Source: Chromatocurvus sp. (GTDB lineage: Bacteria > Pseudomonadota > Gammaproteobacteria > Pseudomonadales > Halieaceae). From it: 64,000 nucleotides of DNA. The position numbers and the translations under genes are program-made. The stretch covers positions 4,543-68,542 of the forward strand of contig JBHEOO010000017.1 of NCBI GenBank assembly GCA_046260765.1, in the 5' to 3' direction. Shown here piece after piece: positions 1 to 8,156 of this stretch (position 1 is its first letter; the number at the start of each line of letters is the position of its first letter). The notes under the pieces are model-generated. The model made no database searches, was not told the DNA's origin, and saw only the letters and a program-made list of their open reading frames with translations.

Positions 1-3000
1 CGCAGTGGCTCGATGATTTCAAGCCTCTCCACACACTCGGCGATGGTTTCCTGGCCCAGGAAATGCGCCAGGTCGTTGATTGACCGGACCATTGCATGGT
101 CGGTCTTATTGTCGAGTATGTCTTTTATGAAAATGCCGTCTATCTTCACGTAGTCTACCGGAAGCTCTCGCAGGTAGCTGTAGCTGGCGAGGCCGGTGCC
201 GAAGTCATCGAGTGAGAATTTGCAGCCGATGTTGCGCAGTGTGCGCACAAAGTCAACCGCCTTGTTCAGATTCTCAATGGCGCCGGTTTCAGTGATTTCG
301 AAGCAGATCTTGCTGGTGCCGACACCGAATTCGGAGATCTGCTCCAGCACGTAATCGGTGAAGGTGTCATTGGTCAGGCTGCTGCCGGACAGGTTGATGG
401 ATAGCTGTGGCACCACTTTCTGCATGTCCATCAGGCTGGAAATCCATTCGCAGACTTTGCGCACCACCCAGCGGTCCACCAGGTTTATATAGCCAAAACG
501 TTCCGCGGAACGGATGAATTCGGTGGGTGACAGCAGGCTGCCGTTGTCCTCGCGAATCGACAGCAGAATTTCGTAGTGATGTGATGCCGGGCTGCTGCCA
601 TCCATGGCGCTCTGCACAATGGGCTGGGCGCGCAGCACAAGGGTGTCTGTCGCGATGGCGTCTTCCAGCTGCCGCTGCGACTGCATCCTTTCACGCTGGT
701 AGGCAATCAGCTGTTGCTCATCGATATCGAACTGAACACAGCGATCGCCGCCATGCTCCTTGGCGACAAGCCCGGCGTCGCGTGCCTGGCGCATGACCTC
801 ATCCGCACTGACGGTCGATTGCAGGATGGGTGTTACGCCGATGGACGTGGTGAAAGAGACTTCCTCGCCGGCGACCGTAATGCTGCTGTCACTGATGTCA
901 CCACGCACGCGCTCAGCGAACGCCATAGCTTCATCCATGGCGCGATAGGCGAGAAGAATGCCAAACGTGTCACCCTCGAGTCGTGCCGCCAGTGAGCGCT
1001 TTTCATTCAGCTGGCTGAGCAGGCGGGCAAATTCCGACAGCACCTGGTCGCCGTCCACCTCGTCATAAACATCGTTCACCAGATGAAAGCTGTCGATGTC
1101 CAGATGCAGGAAAGCATGCGCTGCATCGCGTCGCTGGGCGTGGTGAACCGAGCGTTCAATCTGGCGTTTGAGGGACTCGCCGTTGATAAGCCGCGTGACC
1201 CGGTCGCGGTTACGCTTGAAGCTCAGGCGCTCCTGGGCACCTGCCAGCGTGCCGTAAACGCTCTGGTTGAGCACCGACATGCGATCGACGGAGCTGGGTG
1301 GTTTGAGGCCCTGACTCAGCTTGCGAGCCAGCCGGATGCGCGATATCTCCGCCACTTTCTGCCCCAGCTCGTTGACGAACGCATAGCGCTCTTTGTCATC
1401 GCTGATCCAGACCAGGCGCATCCGACGGCGGAACCCCTGTTTGTCGCGGTAGCTCATGACTGTGCCGATCTGCAGCTGCTCAACGCGCTTGACCCATCGA
1501 TTGAGTCTCGGCAGTTGCTCCAGCCGGGCTCTGGAGATGCCGGTTTCCTCTGCTGACTCCTTGACAGCGTAGGTCTCCAGCGGCACCTCGCCGCGGAGTA
1601 TCTGCGACAGCTCCTCCAGCGTTTGCTCGTGGCCGACGTTATCGGGTTGCGCCCTGCGGATATCATCTTTCAGTACGCGCACCGCCGGCGCCAGCTCGCG
1701 GAATCCATCCGTGGATTGGTCCCCGCGTTCGACGCTGTTCAGTGCAGAGAGAATTTTCTGCAGAGCACCCACCTGGTCCTGCCAGGCCTGCGATTCAATG
1801 CCCTCGCGTACGGCGATCTGAACCAGCAGATCACGCCAGCCTGCGTCCATGAGATCGAGAAGAACCCTCGGCGCCGAGGGTGGTTTGATGAAGGTTCCCA
1901 GCAGTTGTTCGACGGACTGCTGCGCCTGCTGCAGTCTCTCCTGGCCCTCCATGGTGCTGACGACGCGCTCGATGTTCTTGCGCAGTGCGGTTTCCTGCTG
2001 GATTACCAGTCTGTCGAGACTCCTGAGCGCGGTCTCGAACACGTCCGTATCGCCGTCATAGCCTGTGGCGATCTCATCAACGATGGCGCGGACTTTTTTC
2101 TCCAGCACGCGATTCGGGAAATTCTCCGCGGTTGCCAGCTGCGACAGCTTGTCAAGCATCTGGTGCGCCGGGTGCTCTGGATCGGCAAAAAATCGCGGTT
2201 CCTGCAGTGACAGGCGTGCCAGCGGTATGCGCAACTGGTCCAGTGTGGGCTTGACGTCATCCGCAACGTCGACGCTGCCACGAATTGTCGTGAAGACGTT
2301 GTCGATGAAGTCGAGGCGATTCGAACTTTCCCTCTGCAGCTTGCTACCCGCCAGAGCCGGGAGCTGCCCTGCATGTTGCTCCAGCAATTCACGCAGAGAC
2401 TGCGACTTGTCTGCACCCTGTAACCATTCCGGGTGCTGCTGCAGTTGAAGCAGGGCCTGGATAACGGTCGCAGGCTCCGCTCGTGGCATGCCCGGTGCGT
2501 CCTGGGAGCCGTCGCCATCGGCATCTGCGGATGTGCTGTCCTCGGCGTTACGCGCTGATAATGCATGTACCACTGCATCGTACATGGCGTCGTGTTTCAT
2601 ACGCGGCTGCACTGGCCCCTGCGCGGCCGCCGGGTCTCCGCCTCGACCCTGGAGGATGGGGTCTGTCGCCCGGCGTCCCTGTCGCCCGCGTCTTTCCACG
2701 GCTGCCGGTGCTGCTGTATCAGCGGTGCTGCCAGGGTTGTCTTTTGGGTCTTGCACAATGCCCTGCGCTGCAGAGGGGCTGCTCGCGCTCTCGTCCGTCT
2801 CGGGAATACTGCGGTTGCGCACGGGTCGTCGGCCGCTGGCATCCATGATGGAGCCGGTATTGAAGAGCTCCTCTTCCAGGCCCGGGCGCAGTCCATCGCC
2901 GGCGAGACCATTGTTCAGCCGGGCATAGAATCCGCGGAGCTTTTGCATCCACTCGCGGTGGAAGAACTTGAGGCTGTCCTGAATAACCGTCGGACTGAAA

Positions 3001-3827
3001 TCCAGCGAATGCATGCCGTCGCGGAAACTGCGGCAGAGATATGCGGGGTGGAACGGCGTCTTGACGCGGGCTGCACCCAGGCCGAGAAGGTCACCGGTGC
3101 GCAGCGTCAGGCTCTCGAGGTCAACCCGGTAAAGATTGACCGCGTCGGTGGTGATGCGGTCGAGCGCCAGCTTTTCCTCCATCTCGCTCAGCCCGACGAG
3201 GTCGAGTTCGCTGGCATCCGTCTCTTCCAGTGCATGCTCGCCGCGTTTGCCGCGAGGCTTTTCCGGCTCTGCGAGCTCGGCTGCCAGCTGGTCGAGCATA
3301 CCGGCGATAAAGGATTTGTTGTTGCGTTTCAGACTGTTCAGCGCGTCGTAGTGTTCGTGCCGGCCCGAGATCCCGTGCTGGGGTGACGTGGACAGGTCGA
3401 ACAGGTGATCGCCCAGGCTCAGTGTGAATGCACGCAGGCTGTCACCGAGCAGGGCGATACCATCGGCGTTGAATTTCTCGCGGTATTGCGCAGCGTCCCC
3501 GGCGCTCAGGCGGCGTTTTCCCAGCATCATGCCCAGCGCTCTCGCGCTGTCGTCGCTCAATCCGTCGGTGACGGTGACGTCAAGGCCCTGACCAACGCTG
3601 CCGTTGAATACGACCGAGAGCCTGGCATCCGCAGTGCCGGCACCGCCCGGATGGAATACGGTGAGTCTGGCAGCCTCGATATCGCGCCAATCCTCCCGCA
3701 CCGGGGTTTCGGCAAAAAACAGAAGGGCATGAATTCCCCTGACCGCCAGTTTTCCGCGGTAGACACCGCCGCCCGGCAGGTGCAATTCGGCGCTGTGAGG
3801 CGCGTCCGTTATGGCTTTTTTATCCAT
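1..3827 (-). CDS. Large c-di-GMP signalling protein: DUF1631-like N-terminal region + degenerate GGDEF domain + EAL phosphodiesterase domain (3' end lies beyond the left window edge)
   Basis: Absent from the ORF track because its stop lies outside the window. My translation of the minus strand from ATG (complement of 3825-3827) reads MDKKAITDAPHSAELHLPGGGVYRGK. I checked the frame codon by codon over 2401-3827 and found no stop. The C-terminal part has a GGDEF-type domain with motif RLEGDTFGILL (963-977) and EAL motifs YEILLSIR (564-572), FEITET, LDDFGTG and VKIDG. Confidence 0.85.
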   Translation of the reverse strand, partial: MDKKAITDAPHSAELHLPGGGVYRGKLAVRGIHALLFFAETPVREDWRDIEAARLTVFHPGGAGTADARLSVVFNGSVGQGLDVTVTDGLSDDSARALGMMLGKRRLSAGDAAQYREKFNADGIALLGDSLRAFTLSLGDHLFDLSTSPQHGISGRHEHYDALNSLKRNNKSFIAGMLDQLAAELAEPEKPRGKRGEHALEETDASELDLVGLSEMEEKLALDRITTDAVNLYRVDLESLTLRTGDLLGLGAARVKTPFHPAYLCRSFRDGMHSLDFSPTVIQDSLKFFHREWMQKLRGFYARLNNGLAGDGLRPGLEEELFNTGSIMDASGRRPVRNRSIPETDESASSPSAAQGIVQDPKDNPGSTADTAAPAAVERRGRQGRRATDPILQGRGGDPAAAQGPVQPRMKHDAMYDAVVHALSARNAEDSTSADADGDGSQDAPGMPRAEPATVIQALLQLQQHPEWLQGADKSQSLRELLEQHAGQLPALAGSKLQRESSNRLDFIDNVFTTIRGSVDVADDVKPTLDQLRIPLARLSLQEPRFFADPEHPAHQMLDKLSQLATAENFPNRVLEKKVRAIVDEIATGYDGDTDVFETALRSLDRLVIQQETALRKNIERVVSTMEGQERLQQAQQSVEQLLGTFIKPPSAPRVLLDLMDAGWRDLLVQIAVREGIESQAWQDQVGALQKILSALNSVERGDQSTDGFRELAPAVRVLKDDIRRAQPDNVGHEQTLEELSQILRGEVPLETYAVKESAEETGISRARLEQLPRLNRWVKRVEQLQIGTVMSYRDKQGFRRRMRLVWISDDKERYAFVNELGQKVAEISRIRLARKLSQGLKPPSSVDRMSVLNQSVYGTLAGAQERLSFKRNRDRVTRLINGESLKRQIERSVHHAQRRDAAHAFLHLDIDSFHLVNDVYDEVDGDQVLSEFARLLSQLNEKRSLAARLEGDTFGILLAYRAMDEAMAFAERVRGDISDSSITVAGEEVSFTTSIGVTPILQSTVSADEVMRQARDAGLVAKEHGGDRCVQFDIDEQQLIAYQRERMQSQRQLEDAIATDTLVLRAQPIVQSAMDGSSPASHHYEILLSIREDNGSLLSPTEFIRSAERFGYINLVDRWVVRKVCEWISSLMDMQKVVPQLSINLSGSSLTNDTFTDYVLEQISEFGVGTSKICFEITETGAIENLNKAVDFVRTLRNIGCKFSLDDFGTGLASYSYLRELPVDYVKIDGIFIKDILDNKTDHAMVRSINDLAHFLGQETIAECVERLEIIEPL

Positions 3828-3994
3828 GCGCTCTGGGCATTGGCAGAGGGTAAGCGTCGCGTCTGATGTAGCCTGGCACGATAGCGTGCGGGACCTCTGC
3901 GCACAAGTCATGCACATGCCCCGGCAGTGGGCGATGGGACCTGACCCCGAGGTTGCGTTATGCTGCGATAAATCCAGACGGGTAATCGCTATCC

Positions 3995-5506
3995 ATGTTC
4001 TCCGGGAACGCTTACATCCTCGCCGTGCTCGGCATGTACTTCTGCTTCATGCTCGCCATTGGTATCTGGGCGCGGCGCAGCCACGATAGCGCCTCCGGAT
4101 ACTTTCTGGCGGGGCGCCGCCTTCCCTTCTGGGTTGCCGCCTTCAGCATGAACGCCACGGGCGAGAGCGCCTGGTTGATTCTGGGCCTGTCTGGCGTTGC
4201 CTACCTCACAGGCGTGCAGGCGCTGTGGGTTGTCGCAGGTGAAGTGCTGGGTGTGGCCTGTGCGTGGCTGCTGGTGGCAAGACGCCTCAACTCAGCGTCT
4301 CGCGAGTCTGCCACGATTACCGTCCCGGACTTTCTTGCGCAGCGATTTCAGGCACAGGCAAAGGTCATACGACTGCTCGCGGTGGCTATCATCCTGAGCA
4401 TGGCCTGCGCCTATATCGCCGCTCAGATGCTCGCTACGGGCAAGGCGTTCACGGTCTTTCTGGGGTGGGATTATGCCACCGGGGTCTGGGTTGGCGGCCT
4501 GGTCACTGTCGCCTATACGGCGTTCGGCGGATTCAAGGCCGTTGCCTATACGGATGCCGCCCAGGCCATGCTCATGTTGTTTGCCCTGGTGGCGGTGCCC
4601 ATCGTCGGCATCCACGCTATCGGTGGTCTCGGCGCGCTGGGGCAGGGTCTTGCGGTTGCCGACTCTGCTCTGTTGCTGCCGTGGTCGCTCGGGGAGGGCG
4701 GTCTCGTCGCGCTGATTGTCATCGCCAGCAGTCTCGCGGTAGGGTTGCCTTTTCTTGGGGTGCCGCAGCTGCTCGTGCGTTTCATGGCGATTCGTAATGC
4801 GCAGGATGTGCCGAAAGCGGCAGGTATTTCTGTTGTCGTTATTCTGCTGTTCGACCTGGGCGCGGTAGCGACAGGGCTGGTCGGACGGGTTCTGTTCCCC
4901 GGCCTTGAGGATGCCGAGACTGTCATGCCGACGCTTGCGCGTTCGCTGTTTCCGCCGCTTGTGACTGGCATTCTGGTGGTTGCCGTGCTTTCAGCGGTAA
5001 TGTCCACGGTGAGTTCGCTGCTGAACCTCGCGTCGTCTGCCATTGTGCACGATCTCTACGGGCAGTTTGCGCGTCGCGCCGACGCCGCACGCCGCGAGGC
5101 GAAGATCGGTGCCTGGGTGACCCTGGTTATCGGTATTGCGGGCTGCCTGATTGCCCTGCGGGAGGGTGGCGTGATTTTTTCACTGGTACTCTTCGCCTGG
5201 AGTGGTCTGGGCGGCGCTTTCGGCCCCGTTGTTCTTTGTGTGCTGCACTGGCGCGGCACCACTGGCCCGGGCGTCGTTGCCGGCATGGCCACCGGTTTTG
5301 CCACGACGGTGCTCTGGGTTCTTCTATTCAAGGAGACCAGTCATGGGCTCTACGAAATGGTGCCCGCGTTTATCGCCAGTCTGGCGATGACGATTCTGGT
5401 GAGTCGGATGACGGCTCCCGTGGTTTCAATATCCAAGGCTCTACCATCTGAGAGTGATAGCCCCGAAGATAAAACAAGGAGACAGAATCATGCACACACT
5501 CAATAG
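3995..5506 (+). CDS. Sodium:solute symporter family (SSF, PutP/PanF-like) transporter
   Basis: 503-aa polytopic membrane ORF. The N-terminus ...YFLAGRRLPFWVAAFSMNATGESAWLILGLSG is typical of SSF transporters. Confidence 0.85.
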   Translation: MFSGNAYILAVLGMYFCFMLAIGIWARRSHDSASGYFLAGRRLPFWVAAFSMNATGESAWLILGLSGVAYLTGVQALWVVAGEVLGVACAWLLVARRLNSASRESATITVPDFLAQRFQAQAKVIRLLAVAIILSMACAYIAAQMLATGKAFTVFLGWDYATGVWVGGLVTVAYTAFGGFKAVAYTDAAQAMLMLFALVAVPIVGIHAIGGLGALGQGLAVADSALLLPWSLGEGGLVALIVIASSLAVGLPFLGVPQLLVRFMAIRNAQDVPKAAGISVVVILLFDLGAVATGLVGRVLFPGLEDAETVMPTLARSLFPPLVTGILVVAVLSAVMSTVSSLLNLASSAIVHDLYGQFARRADAARREAKIGAWVTLVIGIAGCLIALREGGVIFSLVLFAWSGLGGAFGPVVLCVLHWRGTTGPGVVAGMATGFATTVLWVLLFKETSHGLYEMVPAFIASLAMTILVSRMTAPVVSISKALPSESDSPEDKTRRQNHAHTQ

Positions 5507-7166
5507 ACGTCGCTTTGCACAGGGAATTGCCGCTGGCAGTCTGGGCGTTTTCGCCGGTCCTTTACTGGCGGCTGGCTCGTGGGGCAAGGCCGACCTTGTG
5601 ATCCTCAGCGATACGCTCTACACCATGGATCCCGACTACCCTGATGCAACCGCGTTTGCGGTGCGCGGTAACCGCATTCTTGCGGTTGGAGCTGCGGAGG
5701 AGATCAAGGCTCTCGCCGGGCCCTCCACGGAGGTGATCGACGCCCGGGGTCTCACCGTGACTCCGGGTTTCATCGATGCCCACAGCCATCCACTGGGTGC
5801 CAATGAAGTCATCAGTGCCAACGTGGACGTTCGCAGCATCGCCGATATACAGGCCGCGCTGCAAAAGCGGGCTGCCGGGACGCCAGCCGGCAAGTGGGTG
5901 CTGGGTCACATGTACGACGACACCAAGCTCGCTGAGGGCCGGGCGCTGAACCGCGATGATCTCGACGCCGTGTCCACCCTGCACCCGATATTCGTGAAGC
6001 ACCGTGGCGGCCACACTGGCGTCGTCAACAGCCGGGCGTTCGAGCTTGCCGGTGTCACCGCCGAGACGGCCGATCCGGAGGGCGGCAAGTTTTACCGCGA
6101 GGAAGGGCGTCTGACCGGCAAGGTTGCCGAGCATGCGGTGGATGTCTTTGAGACGGTGGGCGAATGGCCTGACGTTGACCGTGCCGGGCACGCCGAGAAT
6201 GTCGCCCTGATGACCCGACGCATGGCTGCGTCCGGACTCACGTCAACCACCGACGCCTGGGGCAGCGACACCAGCTGGCGGGCCTATGATGATGCGTACC
6301 GTGCTGGGAAGCTGTCACTGCGGGTAAGCTTCATGCCGGGGGGTAAGGACCCTATCTACAGCGCAATGAAGGCGGCCGGGCTGCGCTCGGGCTTCGGCGA
6401 CGCCATGCTGCGCGTGGGCGCGGTCAAATACGGTGCCGATGGCTCCGCCTCGGAGCGCACCATGGCGATGAGCACGCCCTATGAGGGGCGGCCAGATGAT
6501 TTTGGTATCCTCACCATGAGCGTCGACGAAATCAATGCGGCGGTGGATGACGCGGTCGCACATGACTTCCGCATCGGCATTCATGCCAACGGCGATGTCG
6601 CCATCGACCGCGTGCTGAACGCCTACGAGCGCGTGCTGGCCAACATGCAAGGGCGCAATCCGCGCTTTCGGATTGAACACTGTTCCCTGATCACGCCGTC
6701 ACTGCTCGACAGGATTCGCGACGCCGGCGTGGTGCCAGCGCCGTTCTATACCTATGCGCACTACCACGGCAACAAGTGGGGCGAGTACGGTGAAGAGAAG
6801 ATGCAGAATATGTTCGCGCACCGTTCTTTCCTCGACCACGGCATTCCTGTCGCACCCGCATCCGATTTTACGCCCGGCCCCTATGAGCCGATGATGGCGC
6901 TGCAGAGCATGGTGACGCGCAAGGACTTCCAGGGCAGGGTCTGGGGACCGAAGCAGCGTATCAGTGTCGATGAAGCGATGCGCGTGTGCACAATAAACGG
7001 CGCCTACGCGTCCTTCGAGGAAGATCTGAAGGGCTCGATTAGCCCCGGGAAACTTGCCGATTTTGTGATTCTGGGGGATGACCCTAACAGCGTGGATCCA
7101 GATCGGATCAAGGAGATTCCCATACTGCGGACTGTAATGGACGGTCGCACGATGTTCGAGGCGTGA
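5490..7166 (+). CDS. Secreted metal-dependent amidohydrolase (Amidohydro_3-type) with a twin-arginine signal
   Basis: ATG at 5490 is preceded by AAGGAGA. The N-terminus MHTLNRRRFAQGIAAGSLGVFAGPLLAAG looks like a Tat signal. Also present are FIDAHSHP metal-binding and HANGD motifs. Its start overlaps the SSF gene by 17 nt. Confidence 0.8.
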   Translation: MHTLNRRRFAQGIAAGSLGVFAGPLLAAGSWGKADLVILSDTLYTMDPDYPDATAFAVRGNRILAVGAAEEIKALAGPSTEVIDARGLTVTPGFIDAHSHPLGANEVISANVDVRSIADIQAALQKRAAGTPAGKWVLGHMYDDTKLAEGRALNRDDLDAVSTLHPIFVKHRGGHTGVVNSRAFELAGVTAETADPEGGKFYREEGRLTGKVAEHAVDVFETVGEWPDVDRAGHAENVALMTRRMAASGLTSTTDAWGSDTSWRAYDDAYRAGKLSLRVSFMPGGKDPIYSAMKAAGLRSGFGDAMLRVGAVKYGADGSASERTMAMSTPYEGRPDDFGILTMSVDEINAAVDDAVAHDFRIGIHANGDVAIDRVLNAYERVLANMQGRNPRFRIEHCSLITPSLLDRIRDAGVVPAPFYTYAHYHGNKWGEYGEEKMQNMFAHRSFLDHGIPVAPASDFTPGPYEPMMALQSMVTRKDFQGRVWGPKQRISVDEAMRVCTINGAYASFEEDLKGSISPGKLADFVILGDDPNSVDPDRIKEIPILRTVMDGRTMFEA

Positions 7167-7237
7167 CGGTCCGGGACAGGTGAGTCGGCAGTTCGCAGAT
7201 CGCGCCTGCCTCTGGACTGGATAACCGTCTCGCAGCG

Positions 7238-7552
7238 TTATTCGAGGGCGATGACCCTGATCGAGCGGCCCCGGTCCGCGTGATAGCTGAACAGCCCGCG
7301 CACTGTCAGGTACTCGCCCTCGTGCCGCTTCAGGTCGCCTGGGTAGGTCAACTCCACGCGATGGTACTCGTCGTCTTCAATCCAGTAATGCAGCGGATCG
7401 GGGTGAGATCTCAGTGTGCCACCAACGATTACCTGGCGCCCGGCGTAGTCGTCCTGCTGGGCAGCAAGTTGAGCAAGGGTCACATTGGCGATGCTATCCC
7501 CCGTGCAGGCGATCAGACAGAGTAGAATGAAGGCTGTTGCAGCATGGCGCAT
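7238..7552 (-). CDS. Small hypothetical lipoprotein
   Basis: Internal ATG at 7552 gives MRHAATAFILLCLIAC with a lipobox (LIAC). There is no recognisable family. Confidence 0.5.
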   Translation of the reverse strand: MRHAATAFILLCLIACTGDSIANVTLAQLAAQQDDYAGRQVIVGGTLRSHPDPLHYWIEDDEYHRVELTYPGDLKRHEGEYLTVRGLFSYHADRGRSIRVIALE

Positions 7553-7715
7553 GGTATAGGTTCCCTTGGCAGGGTGTGTTTGCCAGCGTGTGCTCGCCAG
7601 CGCGTGTCTGGCAGCGTCCGCAGGCTGAAAGCAAGCAGCAGGCAACGGCTGCGTGCGACGGGATGACCCACTGTGAGCACTGCAGTATTATCAGTCAGTC
7701 TCAAAGGATAAGCCT

Positions 7716-8126
7716 ATGGCTCCCGAACATCTCCATATTTATCACCTCGTTCAGGCACGGCTCTGGGAGCCGGTTGTGGCGAGCAACGGTGTTTACTACC
7801 CGCCAACCTACGAGGCGGATGGCTTTATTCACGGCACCGCGAATACGCAAAAGTTGCTGAGCGTCGCCAATCACTTTTACCGCGCTATCCCGGGTGAGTG
7901 GTGCTGTCTGCGAATGACCGTAAAGAGCCTGAGCCTGACGGGGGTAGAGACGGTTTTCGAGGCCACGGCGCCGGTGGGTGATATCCAGCCCGGGTTCGAG
8001 GGCGCCGGGGACGAACTGTTTCCACATATTTATGGCGGTATCCGGCCTGCGGCAGTGCTGCAGACACACGCCGTTACCCGGGCGGAGGATGGAACATTTC
8101 TGGCGGTCGACGGTGTCACTGACTGA
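7716..8126 (+). CDS. DUF952 family protein
   Basis: Shows HIYHLV...GFIHGT...FPHIYGGI, the pattern I associate with DUF952. Confidence 0.7.
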   Translation: MAPEHLHIYHLVQARLWEPVVASNGVYYPPTYEADGFIHGTANTQKLLSVANHFYRAIPGEWCCLRMTVKSLSLTGVETVFEATAPVGDIQPGFEGAGDELFPHIYGGIRPAAVLQTHAVTRAEDGTFLAVDGVTD

Positions 8127-8156
8127 CCCAGGCAACAGCGTGAGAGCGTCTTGATA

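Noticed and set aside
3874-3889. Sigma-54-like TGGCAC-N-GTGC element upstream of the SSF transporter
   Set aside because: The GG-to-GC spacing is one base off the TGGCAC-N5-TTGC consensus and the -12 element is GTGC rather than TTGC. That is insufficient evidence without an enhancer-binding-protein gene nearby.
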